Source: an uncultured Gemmatimonadaceae bacterium
GTDB lineage: Bacteria > Gemmatimonadota > Gemmatimonadetes > Gemmatimonadales > Gemmatimonadaceae
Direction of reading: 5' to 3'
Assembly (NCBI GenBank): GCA_963817955.1
Contig: CAWFQK010000003.1
Span: 96,001-160,000, forward strand
Length of the DNA: 64,000 nt
Shown: positions 40,089 to 51,128 of the stretch, piece after piece
Numbering within the stretch: position 1 is the first letter of the stretch
Layout: each line of letters starts with the position of its first letter
Notes under the pieces: model-generated
What the model was told of the DNA's origin: nothing
Seen by the model: the letters and a program-made list of their open reading frames with translations, nothing else
Databases searched by the model: none
Made by a program: the position numbers and the translations under genes

Positions 40089-40859
40089 CTAGAAGAGTCC
40101 CGCGTGGTGCACGGCCAGGACGTCCATCGTCAGGGCGACCAAGGCGTGCAGGACTACTCCTCCCCAGAAGGATCTGAAAGTCAGCGCGAGCGCGCCGAGA
40201 GTAATTCCGGCCGCGATGGCCCCGAGGCATTCGGGCCACGGTTTGTGGAAATGGATCATCGTATACGGCACGATCATCACGAAGACGCTGAGCCAGCCGA
40301 TACGTGCTTCGCAGGTGAACAGCAGGTAGCCGCGAAAAAACGCTTCGAGGGCGAGAAACGACACCGTGTACGCACATTCCCAGAGCAGGAATGTGGAGAG
40401 GTCCGTGCGAGCGCCGGCGACGAAGGGATATGTCCTGGCAAAGTCCGGGCGATGCGATGCGAAGGCGACGATGGGCACGACAAGGGCATACAGCGGCAAG
40501 TACGCGCGGAGATGCCGAACGAGCCCACGCGTGTCCCAGCCTATGGAACTGAGCGGTTCTCGATGCGCCAGCCGCACGACTAGCGCCGGGATGGCCAGGT
40601 AAAGCACGAGCAGTGAGGCGACCCAGACGAGGCCCGCGCCGAGGTCCTGGTCGAGGAATCCGATGCCGCGCAGCCATCCATGACGTTTGACCGCGGCGAA
40701 CGTGAAGAAATACTCTTCGAGTGCGAGAACGAGCGCCGTGTAGACAAGAGCGACGGCGACGCGTTTGTCGGCGCTGCTGAGGCCCGAGCGGAGGCGGGTT
40801 AGTTCGGATTCCGAAACGAGCCAGCGCAGAACGCTGGGGGTCACGGAGGATTGCGCCAT
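40089..40859 (-). CDS. CPBP (Abi/CAAX) intramembrane metalloprotease
   Basis: LEAFFRG, IHFHKP..E, LH motif; multiple TM. Confidence 0.88.
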   Translation of the reverse strand: MAQSSVTPSVLRWLVSESELTRLRSGLSSADKRVAVALVYTALVLALEEYFFTFAAVKRHGWLRGIGFLDQDLGAGLVWVASLLVLYLAIPALVVRLAHREPLSSIGWDTRGLVRHLRAYLPLYALVVPIVAFASHRPDFARTYPFVAGARTDLSTFLLWECAYTVSFLALEAFFRGYLLFTCEARIGWLSVFVMIVPYTMIHFHKPWPECLGAIAAGITLGALALTFRSFWGGVVLHALVALTMDVLAVHHAGLF

Positions 40860-40902
40860 GCGGGAAGAACTCCCCGACTCAGAACCGAGAATGGGACCTT
40901 AT

Positions 40903-42845
40903 CTATCGGAAGTTCACAGTAAATGTTGTCGTTCCCCCTCCGAGCACCGATTGCGTGGCGGAGGGCGTCACGCTAAAAAACGTCGCGCCGGGAGGCCCAC
41001 CGGATAGGATGTTTATCAGCGTATAGGAGCCGACTGGTACACCGACAAACGTCTGGGACGCTGACGTGCCATTGATTTGCTGCGGTCCGATTAGAGTGTA
41101 GCTCATCGGCCCCGTCCAGGGAGAACTCCCGCCCGCACCTGCGAGCGTAACGTTCACGACGATCGTGCCGAGCGCGACCCTCGCATTTTCGAAGGTGCAA
41201 ATGACGTTGCCCCCAGACCCTATCGTCACCGTGATGCCTGGGACGTTGCCGGTCACGTTCGAGTTCTGCGCGCCGGTTTGGGTGCAGTTGATCGCGCTCA
41301 CGGCCCACCCGGTTACCGCGGTCTCGGTAACGGTGTAGGGCCCGCCAGCCGGCAGGGTGAACGTCCTGGAGTTGGACAGTGTGTCCGTATTGTTCCCATT
41401 ATCGTCCAGATCGAAGGCAACCAGGCCCCCTCCTCCCGTGGTTGCGAAGTGGAAGACCTGCGGGTCGAACGACTGGGCGTGCTTTACGATGGTGAGAGTG
41501 CCGGTTGGCGGCACGACGGTGTTCGTGGCACACGCGCGATTGTTGGCGAGGTTGGCTTCGTCGGGCGTCGCCACATTGCTGGCCTGCGTTACCGACGCGC
41601 AGTTGGTCACCGTGCCCCCGCCTGGTCCGCCGGCTCCGCCCGACGGCACAGTGAGCGTGATGGTGTAGATCAGCTGTGCGCCGGCGGCCAGTGAGGCGCC
41701 AGAGGTGCAGACGATGGGCCCGGCGCCCACCCCGGTGCAGGTGCCGCTGGACCCGGTGGCCCCGGAGAACAGCACGCCGGCGGGAGCCGACGGCAACGAG
41801 TCCTGCATGACGATCGGGCCTGGCGCTGACACTGCGCCATTGTTCGTTGCGGTGATCGTATACGTCACCGTGTTCCCGCTCACGACGCCCACCTTCGTGA
41901 TGGACAGGTCGGGCGCGGGGGCGGCGGCCGCCACGGAATTGGTGGCACACGCGCGATTGTTGGCGAGGTTGGTTTCGTCGGGAATTACAGCGTCGCTCCC
42001 CCGCTTCACCGACGCGCAGTTGGTCACAGTGCCTCCGCTCGCCGGCGCAGTCAGAGTGACGGTATAGGTCAGCTGTGCGCCTGCAGCCAGTGCACTGCTC
42101 GAGGTGCAGACGATTGGCCCCGCGCCCACCCCGGTACAGGTCCCGCTGGACCCGAGGGCCCCAGAGAACTGCACGCCGGCGGGAGCCGACGGCAACGAGT
42201 CCTGCATGACGATCGGGCCTGGCGCTGACACCGTTCCGTTGTTCGTCGCGGTAATGGTGTACGTCACCGTGTTCCCACTGACCACGCCCACCTTCGTGAT
42301 GGACATGTCGGGCGAAGTCACTGGCGGCGGCACTGTGTTCGTGGCACAGGCGCGATTGTTGGCGAGGTTGGATTCGCCGGTTGTCCCCGCGTTGCTCCCC
42401 TGCGTCACCGATGCGCAGTTGGTCACTGTGCCTCCGCTCGCCGGCACCGTAAGCGCGACGGTTACGGCAAGCTGCCCGCCGGCGGCCAGCGCGCTGCTCG
42501 AGGTGCACACGATCGGCCCTGCCAACCCCCCTGAGCAGGTTCCGCTGGTCCCTGCGAACTGTACGCCGGCCGGAGCCGATGGCAACGAGTCCTGAATGAC
42601 GATCGGACCTGTCGCTGGCACCGTGCCGTTGTTCGTAACAGTGATGGTATACGTTACCGTGTTCCCGCTGACCACGCCCACCTTCGTGATCGATATGTCG
42701 GGCGCAGGAGTCGGCGGCGTTATGATGTCGGTACTACCCCCCCCCCACACGCGGGAAGGATCACCGCGCAGGCCACCACGATTCCGAACAGCGAAAGGCC
42801 GATATGGTGACGCTTCGCGAGCGCGCCGAGAGATATTCGTTGCAT
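40903..42845 (-). CDS. DUF11-repeat surface lipoprotein, frameshifted at a G10 tract after the lipobox
   Basis: ATG 42845 gives MQRISL...VVACAVILPAC then G10 and an early TAA; with G11 or G8 it reads into three PDxSITK...VTYTIT..N.G..D.LP...NN.A repeats and two further beta domains. Confidence 0.85.
41515..42700. repeat. Three near-identical intragenic repeats (about 390-400 bp) encoding DUF11 domains
   Basis: Recurring cgcgattgttggcgaggttgg and ggagccgayggcaacgagtcctg blocks. Confidence 0.9.
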
Positions 42846-42942
42846 GGGCGCGCTCCATCTGGGTTGACAAGGGAGAACTGCTCCGCAGAATAGCTCGGAC
42901 GCAGAGCACGACTATCATAAGGTACGGTTCTCCCCGGGGCAA

Positions 42943-43800
42943 ATGTCTCACCCGATTGTCTGGAACGTCGACCCGGTTCTCGTTCGCCTCGGACCGCTGA
43001 CAGTTCGCTACTATGGGATCTGCTTCGGTCTCGCCATCGTCACGGGGTTCGCCGTCTGGTTCAGCCGGGTGCGGCGATTTGGCGAGTCCACGGCGTTCGC
43101 CGAGCAGATGCTGTATGGGGGAGTGCCCGCGGTAATCATTGGCGGGAGGCTCGGCTACTGCTTCTTCTATACACCCAGACTCTACCTCGCCAATCCGCTT
43201 CGTGTCCTTGCGGTGTGGCAAGGCGGGTTCGCCTCTCATGGAGTCGCCGCGGGACTCGTCGTCTGGCTGTGGGTGTTCAGTCGGCGGGAACACATCACCT
43301 GGACCCGTTTGGCCGATTACTTCGCTCCCGCAGTCGCGCTTGCGGTCGGGTGGATTCGGGTCGGCAACTTCTTCAACTCCGAGGTCCTCGGTCGGCCCGC
43401 GTCGGTGCCGTGGGCGATCGTCTTTGCGCGTCACGACCAGGTGCCCCGACACCCGGCACAGTTGTACGATTTGCTGATCGGCCCCATCACCTACCTGGTG
43501 TTGACCGTCATCGAGCGTCGCAACGTTCGGCCGATCGGCTCGGGGCTCATTGCCGGCACCTTTCTCACTGTCTACTTCGGGCTCCGCATCTTCGTGGAGC
43601 AGTACAAGGATTTCTATGTCGAGCAGTTGCGCGACATGTCGCCATTCAGGAACATCGAGCAATGGCTCGGCGTGCCAATCCACACGGGGCAATGGCTGAG
43701 CATTCTCCCGTTCCTCGCCGGAATGCTCCTCATTGGACGCGCAATGTGCTCGCGTGAACGGCCGTGCGAGATCCACGCCGCGCCCAGCGTGCCAGGCTGA
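42943..43800 (+). CDS. lgt: Prolipoprotein diacylglyceryl transferase
   Basis: VRYYG, IGGRLGY, WQGGFASHG, RVGNFFNSE..G, RHPAQLY. Confidence 0.95.
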   Translation: MSHPIVWNVDPVLVRLGPLTVRYYGICFGLAIVTGFAVWFSRVRRFGESTAFAEQMLYGGVPAVIIGGRLGYCFFYTPRLYLANPLRVLAVWQGGFASHGVAAGLVVWLWVFSRREHITWTRLADYFAPAVALAVGWIRVGNFFNSEVLGRPASVPWAIVFARHDQVPRHPAQLYDLLIGPITYLVLTVIERRNVRPIGSGLIAGTFLTVYFGLRIFVEQYKDFYVEQLRDMSPFRNIEQWLGVPIHTGQWLSILPFLAGMLLIGRAMCSRERPCEIHAAPSVPG

Positions 43801-43802
43801 TA

Positions 43803-45482
43803 GTGGAGTCCGGACTCCGCACGACGCCGATCTTGCATTTCCGTCGTCCGAGTGAGCGACCGGTGATGCGCGCCGAGCGTGACCGAGTCACGATCTGGTT
43901 CGGCGGGCTCACCATGCGACACGAACAGCTCATCCTTGCTTCGCTTCAGGGGCTCGGCTACAAGGCCGGCGTGATCGCGACTCCGGACAAAGCTGACTTT
44001 CAGGCGGGCAAGGAGTTTGGCAACAACGGGCAGTGCAATCCCACGCACTTCATGGTGGGCGCACTCGTGAACCACCTTCGCCGCATGCGTGATGTGGACG
44101 GCATCCCACTCGGTGAGATTCTCGATAACAACGTCTTTATGACGGCGGGTGCATGCGGCCCATGCCGGTTCGGCATGTACGAGGCGGAGTTTCGTCTCGC
44201 CTTGCGCAACTCAGGGTTCGACGGCTTTCGGGTGGTGCTGTTCGAACAGAAGGGAGGGTTGGACCAGTCGAGCGAGACAGCCGGAGTGGACTTCAACCTG
44301 AACTTCTTCATCTCGCTCCTCAATAGCTTCATCATGGGCGACTTGCTCAACGCAGTCGCCTATGCCATCCGCCCCTATGCGGTCGATCGCGGACAGGCTG
44401 AGGCCGTGTTCGCGCGTTGCCTCGCCCTTTGCGCAGACGCCATACGTGAGAAGGACTACGACGCGATCCGTGCCGGCCCTTTGATTGCGCTGCTCTCCAG
44501 CGTCACACCCGTGAATGGTCGTGCGGCCGCCGCGAAGTACGTGGATCAGCTCTGCGGGACGTACTATGCCGACGTGATCTCGAGATGCCGCACGATGATC
44601 GCGGACGACATCGAGGTCGATTATCTGCGCCCAAAGCCCATCTGCAAGATCACCGGCGAATTCTGGGCGCAGACCACCGAAGGCGATGGCAACTTTCGCA
44701 TGTTCCGCTTTCTCGAAAGCGAAGGCGCCGAAGTGCTCGTCGAGCCGGTGACAACGTGGCTCACGTACATGCTCAACCAGGCGATGACCGCGGCGAGGGA
44801 CCGCGCCGGACTCCACGTCGATGGCGTGGCCACCCCGGCAAGCGGCATCCGTGCTCGCGCGGCGGCCGCACTGGCGCTCAGCAAGAAGCTGTTCACTCTC
44901 GCTCTTGCCCAGCGGATGTTGAGACGAGAATACGAGCGATTTCGTACGGCGCTCGGTGGTACCGCGCATCGACTCGTCGATCAACCCGAACTGCAACGGC
45001 TCGGGCATGCGTACTACAACAGTCGTGCGGGTGGAGGAGAAGGCCACCTCGAGGTCGCCAACAACATCTACTACAACCGCGAGGGACTCTGTCACATGGT
45101 CCTCAGCGTGAAGCCATTCGGCTGCATGCCGAGCACGCAGTCCGATGGCGCGCAGGCGGCGGTCACGTCGCACTTCAAGAACATGACGTACCTCCCCATC
45201 GAAACGTCAGGTGAAGGCGACATCAGTGCGCACAGTCGCGTGCAGATGGCGCTCGGCGAAGCAAAGACAAAGTGCAAGGAAGAATTCCGTCGCGCGGTGG
45301 ACCAGACCGGCTATACGCTCGACGACATCCGGGCATTCGTCGCCATGCGGCGCGACCTTCGGAATCCATTGCAGAACATGCCGTCCTGTCCAGGGTTCGT
45401 TGGGCGCGCGGCGATATTCGCGCTTCACGTTGGTGCGTTGATGCGACGCGAGGGTGTCGAGCCTGGCGCAGGCGCACCATGA
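43803..45482 (+). CDS. 2-hydroxyacyl-CoA dehydratase-like subunit (PlsR-like)
   Basis: GKEFGNNGQCNP, AGACGPCRFGMY, GEFWAQTTEGDGN, GGEGHLE, KPFGCMPS. Confidence 0.8.
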   Translation: MESGLRTTPILHFRRPSERPVMRAERDRVTIWFGGLTMRHEQLILASLQGLGYKAGVIATPDKADFQAGKEFGNNGQCNPTHFMVGALVNHLRRMRDVDGIPLGEILDNNVFMTAGACGPCRFGMYEAEFRLALRNSGFDGFRVVLFEQKGGLDQSSETAGVDFNLNFFISLLNSFIMGDLLNAVAYAIRPYAVDRGQAEAVFARCLALCADAIREKDYDAIRAGPLIALLSSVTPVNGRAAAAKYVDQLCGTYYADVISRCRTMIADDIEVDYLRPKPICKITGEFWAQTTEGDGNFRMFRFLESEGAEVLVEPVTTWLTYMLNQAMTAARDRAGLHVDGVATPASGIRARAAAALALSKKLFTLALAQRMLRREYERFRTALGGTAHRLVDQPELQRLGHAYYNSRAGGGEGHLEVANNIYYNREGLCHMVLSVKPFGCMPSTQSDGAQAAVTSHFKNMTYLPIETSGEGDISAHSRVQMALGEAKTKCKEEFRRAVDQTGYTLDDIRAFVAMRRDLRNPLQNMPSCPGFVGRAAIFALHVGALMRREGVEPGAGAP

Positions 45483-45507
45483 GTGAGCAGGACGGCAGGG
45501 TGTGACC

Positions 45508-48500
45508 ATGCAACCACCCGTGTTCGCCGGTACGGCGGCGTACCCGCAAGGGCTGCTGGTGGGACTCGATGTCGGCAGCACGACGGTCAAGTTCGTCGTG
45601 GTGGACCCGGCGACTGATCGAATCCTGTGCAAGGATTATCAGCGCCACGAGACGCGGCAGCCCGAGAAGTGCCTCGAGATGCTCAATGCGATCCTCGCGC
45701 GATTTCCCGCTGTTCCAGCCCATGCTCTTCGTGTTTTCGCGACCGGAACCGGGGGCGCCACGATCGGCGAGCGCATCGGCGCAAAGTTCGTGCAGGAGGT
45801 GACTGCGGTGAGTCTTGCCGTCGAGCGGCTGTATCCCGATGTGCACAGCGTGGTGGAACTCGGCGGACAGGACGCGAAGATCATCGTCTTCACGACCGAC
45901 GAGAGCACGGGGCGCAAGAAGGCAAGTCCCTCGATGAACGACAAGTGCGCCGGTGGGACGGGTGCCGTGATCGACAAGGTGACGGCGAAGCTTGGCATCG
46001 CCTCGTCCGATCTGCGCACGATGCGTTATGACGGTCTCAGACTTCATCCTGTCGCGGGCAAGTGCGGGGTGTTCGCCGAAACCGACATCAACGGCTTGCA
46101 GAAGCAGGGCGTTCCTGCTCCTGAGCTCATGGCGTCGTTGTTCGAGTCGATCGTCCAGCAGAACCTCGCGGTCCTCACGCGCGGGCACACGCTGCGTCCC
46201 GGCGTCCTTCTGCTTGGCGGCCCTAACTGCTACATCAGCGGCCTGCAGGAGTGCTGGCGTCGCAACCTGCTGATCGTGTGGGACGAGCGCGACGTCGAAT
46301 ACGACAGGAACACGCCGCTCGAAGAACTGGTGATCGTTCCGGAGGATGCGCAGTACTTCGCCGCGATCGGCGCCGTGGAGTTCGCGAAGGGCGAACTCGC
46401 CGACACGCCAGATATCGGTGTCTTTACCGGTGTCGCAGCGCTCGAGTGGTATCTCATGGAAGGGCGCGCCAGGGAGAGACAAGCCGCGGGTGGCAGGGGA
46501 CTCTGGTCGTCGCGCGAAGAACTCGATGCGTTCCGCGCTCGATACACTCCAGTGCCGTGGGTCACACGGCTCGTCGCGCAGGGGTCCGTCGTACGCGCAT
46601 TCATGGGGGTCGACGGCGGTAGCACGAGCACGAAGGCGGTCTTGCTCGACGAAGACAAGAACGTCATCGCCACGTCGTACCGGCTCTCGAAGGGAAATCC
46701 CATCGAAGACGCGATGGAGGTGGTCGGCGACCTGCGGTGCGCCATCGAGGACCAGGGCGCCACGCTCGCACTCCTTGGTGTCGGCACGACCGGTTACGCC
46801 AAGGACGTGCTGAGGGATGTGTTCCGCGCGGATGTTGCACTCGTCGAGACAGTCGCCCACACGCAGGCGGGGTTGCACTTCTACCCGGATGCGGATGTGA
46901 TCGTGGATGTCGGCGGCCAGGACATCAAGTTGATCATACTCCAGAACGGCCAGGTCAAGGACTTCAAGCTCAACACGCAGTGCTCCGCTGGGAATGGCTA
47001 CTTCCTGCAGAGCACCGCGCAGGCATTTGGATACTCGGTCACGGAGTTCGCCGAGACCGCGTTCAGCGCGCAAGCGATGCCGCGCTTCGGGTACGGGTGC
47101 GCGGTGTTCATGCAATCGGACATCGTGGACTTCCAGCGCCAAGGCTGGGCGCCGAACGAGATCATGGCGGCACTCTGCGACGTGCTCCCGAAGAACATCT
47201 GGCTTTATATCTCGCAGATCCCCAATCTCGCGCAACTGGGACGCCGGTTCGTGTTGCAGGGTGGCACGCAGCACAACCTTGCGGCGGTCAAGGCACAGGT
47301 GGATTTCATCGAAGCCCGTTTTCGCGGATTTGCGGTCCGACCCGACGTGGTGGTGCACCGTTTCTGCGGTGAAGCGGGCGCCATTGGCTGCGCGGTGGAA
47401 GCCCATCGCCTGTATGTGGAAGGCGGGCACCGCACCACGTTCATCGGGCTCGATCGCGTGCAGGCGATCGTCTACAGGAGCACGCGCTCCGAGGCGACGC
47501 GGTGCTTCTTCTGCAGGAACAAGTGCCTGCGCACCTTCATCGACGTGCACACCGGCGGCGACGAACACGCAGGATCGAGCGCCAGGATGCGCGCGACCTC
47601 GAAGGTTGCCATGCAGCCGGGCGAGCAGCGTCTGATCATCGCGACGTGTGAAAAGGGCAGCGTCGAGGACGTGGAAGCGATGAAGGAGATCAGGGCGGGG
47701 ATCGAGTCCGTCGGCGATGCGAATCCCAACTTCGCTTCGCTGGCGTCCCGCGCCGCGTTCATGCCGGCGGGCGTCGCGCTGGTCAGCGATCCCAGACTCG
47801 CACACGCGCCGCGATTCTGGTCGCGTCGCCGACGAGCTGACAGCCGCGCCGCTTCGGTGGCTCGGCGTGGACAGATTCGTGTGGGAATGCCGCGCGCGCT
47901 AGCGATGTACTCGGTAGGCCCATGGTTCATGGCCTATTTCGAGTCGCTGGGCCTCCTCGCGCGCAACCTCGTGTGGAGTGACTATACCAGCGACGGACTG
48001 TACAGAGCTGGCGCGAAGCGCGGCGCGATCGATCCATGCTTCCCGAGCAAGATCGGGATTCCGCACGTGCACAATCTGTTGTACAGCAAGCACACGGTGG
48101 AGCATCCGCTCGACTTCATCTTCTTTCCGATGATCGACAGTCTGCCCACCTTCCTCGAAGGGGTCATCGACAGCCGTTCCTGCCCGACGGTGACCACTAC
48201 GCCCGAGGCCGTCAAGGCGGCGTTCACGAAGGAACGCGATGTGTTCGCCGAACGCCGTGTACGGTATCTCGACACATTCCTCAACTTTGCCGAGCCTGCC
48301 CTGCTCGCTCGGCAAATGTATGGTGAATTCCGCGAGACGCTGGGACTGTCCGTCGAAGAAAACGACCTTGCGTGCCAGGCAGCATGGACCCACCTGGATG
48401 CGGTCGAAACGCGGCTGCGACGCCATGCGCGGCTCGTGCTCGATCGACTCGAAGCGACCGGGCGGATCGGCCTGGTGCTCCTGTCACGCCCATATCATGA

Positions 48501-48963
48501 CGATCCCGGCGTATGCCAGGAGATACCAGCGGAGTTCCAGAAACTCGGTATTCCGGTGTTCACCGCCGACGTTCTTCCACGCGACCCCGACCTGCTCGAG
48601 CGGTTGTTCGGCGACGAAGTGCGCGCCGGCGCGATGCGCAGCGCGCTCTCGATCGACGACGCGTGGAAGAATGCCTACAGCGAGAATTCGAATCGTAAAG
48701 TGTGGGCCGCGAAGTATGCGGCGCGGCATCCCAACCTCGTCGCGCTCGAGCTATCCAGCTTCAAATGCGGCCAGGATGCGCCGATATGTTCCGTGGTCGA
48801 GGAGATCGTCGAGCGATCGGGCACACCGTACTTCTGCTGCAAGGACATCGACGAGAACAAGCCCACGGGTTCGATACGGCTTCGCGTCGAGACCATCGCC
48901 TATTGCCTTCGCCGGCACCGCGAGAACCTTGTTGCGTGCGAGAGAGGGGACGCGAACCCCTAG
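45508..48963 (+). CDS. BadF/BadG/BcrA/BcrD-type double-ATPase activase with DUF2229-like domain (PlsA-like)
   Basis: Two ASKHA modules (GLDVGSTTVK..GGQDAK..MNDKCAGGTG..CGVFAE; GVDGGSTSTK..GGQDIK..CSAGNG..CAVFM), CxxCxxxC, CFPSK, SFKCGQD. Confidence 0.9.
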   Translation: MQPPVFAGTAAYPQGLLVGLDVGSTTVKFVVVDPATDRILCKDYQRHETRQPEKCLEMLNAILARFPAVPAHALRVFATGTGGATIGERIGAKFVQEVTAVSLAVERLYPDVHSVVELGGQDAKIIVFTTDESTGRKKASPSMNDKCAGGTGAVIDKVTAKLGIASSDLRTMRYDGLRLHPVAGKCGVFAETDINGLQKQGVPAPELMASLFESIVQQNLAVLTRGHTLRPGVLLLGGPNCYISGLQECWRRNLLIVWDERDVEYDRNTPLEELVIVPEDAQYFAAIGAVEFAKGELADTPDIGVFTGVAALEWYLMEGRARERQAAGGRGLWSSREELDAFRARYTPVPWVTRLVAQGSVVRAFMGVDGGSTSTKAVLLDEDKNVIATSYRLSKGNPIEDAMEVVGDLRCAIEDQGATLALLGVGTTGYAKDVLRDVFRADVALVETVAHTQAGLHFYPDADVIVDVGGQDIKLIILQNGQVKDFKLNTQCSAGNGYFLQSTAQAFGYSVTEFAETAFSAQAMPRFGYGCAVFMQSDIVDFQRQGWAPNEIMAALCDVLPKNIWLYISQIPNLAQLGRRFVLQGGTQHNLAAVKAQVDFIEARFRGFAVRPDVVVHRFCGEAGAIGCAVEAHRLYVEGGHRTTFIGLDRVQAIVYRSTRSEATRCFFCRNKCLRTFIDVHTGGDEHAGSSARMRATSKVAMQPGEQRLIIATCEKGSVEDVEAMKEIRAGIESVGDANPNFASLASRAAFMPAGVALVSDPRLAHAPRFWSRRRRADSRAASVARRGQIRVGMPRALAMYSVGPWFMAYFESLGLLARNLVWSDYTSDGLYRAGAKRGAIDPCFPSKIGIPHVHNLLYSKHTVEHPLDFIFFPMIDSLPTFLEGVIDSRSCPTVTTTPEAVKAAFTKERDVFAERRVRYLDTFLNFAEPALLARQMYGEFRETLGLSVEENDLACQAAWTHLDAVETRLRRHARLVLDRLEATGRIGLVLLSRPYHDDPGVCQEIPAEFQKLGIPVFTADVLPRDPDLLERLFGDEVRAGAMRSALSIDDAWKNAYSENSNRKVWAAKYAARHPNLVALELSSFKCGQDAPICSVVEEIVERSGTPYFCCKDIDENKPTGSIRLRVETIAYCLRRHRENLVACERGDANP

Positions 48964-48981
48964 TTACGCGACAGCGGATTT

Positions 48982-51126
48982 TCACTTCATCTCAAACTGC
49001 GCCGCCAAGCCGCTCAGCGTCATGTTCTCAGCGACAGCGTCGTGGGGAATGAGGAGGTACGTCCACGGCTTACCGTGATACGTTCTCGTGTGGTCACTTG
49101 CCCGCTCGCACCACCTCACCGCCACGTCGCGTTTAGCAATGACCATTGGGTCCTGCATTTCACTTCGGGCTTTGGGCTCCAGCATGTAAATCGTGGCCTC
49201 CGTTTCGGCCACGAAGTCGGGTTGGTACTCGAGATGATCCGCACCAGATTTGTAGTAGATCTGGAACTGGCCCTTGGCGGGCTTGAACCACTTCGACGCC
49301 TCGCGTTCCAAAATAACGGATAACTTGCGCTCGGTATCGGATTGAAATTTCTGCACTGGGTACAGACAGCGATTGAAACCGCCGAAGAGATACTTCGCCA
49401 TGTTGCTCTTGTCTGAAGGCGGCTTTCGGTAATCGAGCGCCGGCCCACCCGCCAGTGTGGTGTAGGCACTCGGCTTCAACTGGGTGAAGCCCTTACTGAT
49501 TTTCACCTCGTAGCCCGTCGCCTTTTCCCAAGAATGTTCCTGCATTTGAGCGTGAACGAACTCGGCAATGGTTCGCTGGTAGGAACTGAGCACCTTGCGC
49601 ACCTCGTGCTCGTCGGGGAGGTAGCTACGCAGGCGATTCACAACCTGGCCAGAGAGATCGTAAAGCAGGTCGGCATGTGCGTCGTACGATACATCGTCGA
49701 AATCAACAAGTCCGCTGACGACGTAATCCTCCAGGCGTAATTCCTGGGTGCCACCCTTTCCCATCGCGATCACATCCACTTGATCCGTGCGCAGGTGCTT
49801 GGCCCATAGCTCCTCCGATACCGGCGGATAGTTGAGCGTATCCAGTTTGAGAGTGAACGGATTGAATCCGGATTGAATGTTGCCGGTGGGCACAACGAGA
49901 ATGCGCGGAATATCGATCGTTTGCTGAATCACCAGATCGGTGGTCTTCGCCACAATGGCCGCGATATCGGGCCGGGGCGTTACACCGTCCATCTCGAGCT
50001 GTGACGGGCGATACTGGGCGACCACTTCTTTTGCCACCTTGTCCTGCATATCCGCTTTCGCCAGGTAAGAGACACTGGGCAGCAACTGAGGTTGATTCTC
50101 AAGTGTCCGGATCACCTGATAGACAAGCTGAGCTACGCTTTCATCTACCGGTGTATTGAACGCAGACGGCTCGGTGCATTTCGACAGTTGTGTGCCGGCA
50201 GTCATCCGTTCGGGCTGCAAGCCCAACTTGCTCGCCAATTGGGACTGCGACACCACGGTCACCGTCTTCTCGCCGAGCTCTTCGGGCTCCAGAATCACCT
50301 GTTGCAAGCGGATCGCTGAATCCGGCTTCTTCGCCTCGTCCACGATTTCCTGAAACTTGTCGTGCGCGATAATGTTGAGTCGGTCCACCGCGGTGACGCC
50401 GGTGCGCTTACCGTACGGCAGACGCAGTCCGCGACCAATGGACTGTTCGATGAGCGTACGCGCATTCGCCGCTCGCAATGGCACAATGGTGTAGAGGTTG
50501 GTTACGTCCCAGCCTTCCTTGAGCATGTTGACGTGGATCACGATCTCGGTGGGCTCATCGGTGTGCTCGACCTTGAGCAGCCGCTCGACCATCTCGTCCT
50601 CTTCCGCGCCGCTCTTGCTGGAATCCACCTGGATGACCTTGGTCATGTAGCGCCCATCGAAGAACGCGTCGGACTGGATCAAATCGATTAACTGTTTTGC
50701 GTGCGTCGTGTCCCGTGCAATGACGAGAACGAATGGCTTCACAATTACCTTGCCGCTTTCCCGAGCGTAGGTCTCCAGTTCGACCTTCACCTGCTCATGC
50801 AATCGGACGCCGTCCTGAAGCTTCATCAACTCGAGGGCATCTGCCGTCATACCGGCGGGACTGAAATTCTTACGCGTCACGACGGCAGGCTCTTTCACGA
50901 AGCCATCGGCCATCGCCTTACCCAGCGGGTAGTCGAGGATGACGTTCTTGAACGGCACCGGGCCCTTGGTAGTCTCCACGAACGGCGTGGCCGTGAGTTC
51001 GAGGCCGATGATCGGTTTCAGCTCGTTGATCGCTCGCACACCGGCGCTGGCCCGATAGCGGTGCGCCTCGTCCATGATCAGCACGAGGTCAGGCAGGGCA
51101 GCCAGGTACTCGAAGTAACTCTCGCC
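48982..51126 (-). pseudogene. Type III restriction enzyme Res subunit, 5'-truncated
   Basis: DEAH, LTATP, MLKEGWDV, EQSIGRGLRLP, YQPDFV...LEPK nuclease; in-frame TAA directly upstream of GESYFEYL; motif I and mod gene absent. Confidence 0.88.
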
Positions 51127-51128
51127 TT

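Noticed and set aside
41515..42700. Diversity-generating retroelement template/variable repeats
   Set aside because: No reverse transcriptase in the window; repeats are in-frame domain copies and differences do not look adenine-specific.
42846..43776. N-terminal 300 aa of the 957-aa ORF 40903..43776
   Set aside because: It is the antisense shadow of lgt; the real start is ATG 42845.
45223..47805. 860-aa minus-strand ORF (likewise 52138..54885, 31958..33403, 39274..40677)
   Set aside because: Antisense shadows of well-supported genes in high-GC DNA, with no motifs.
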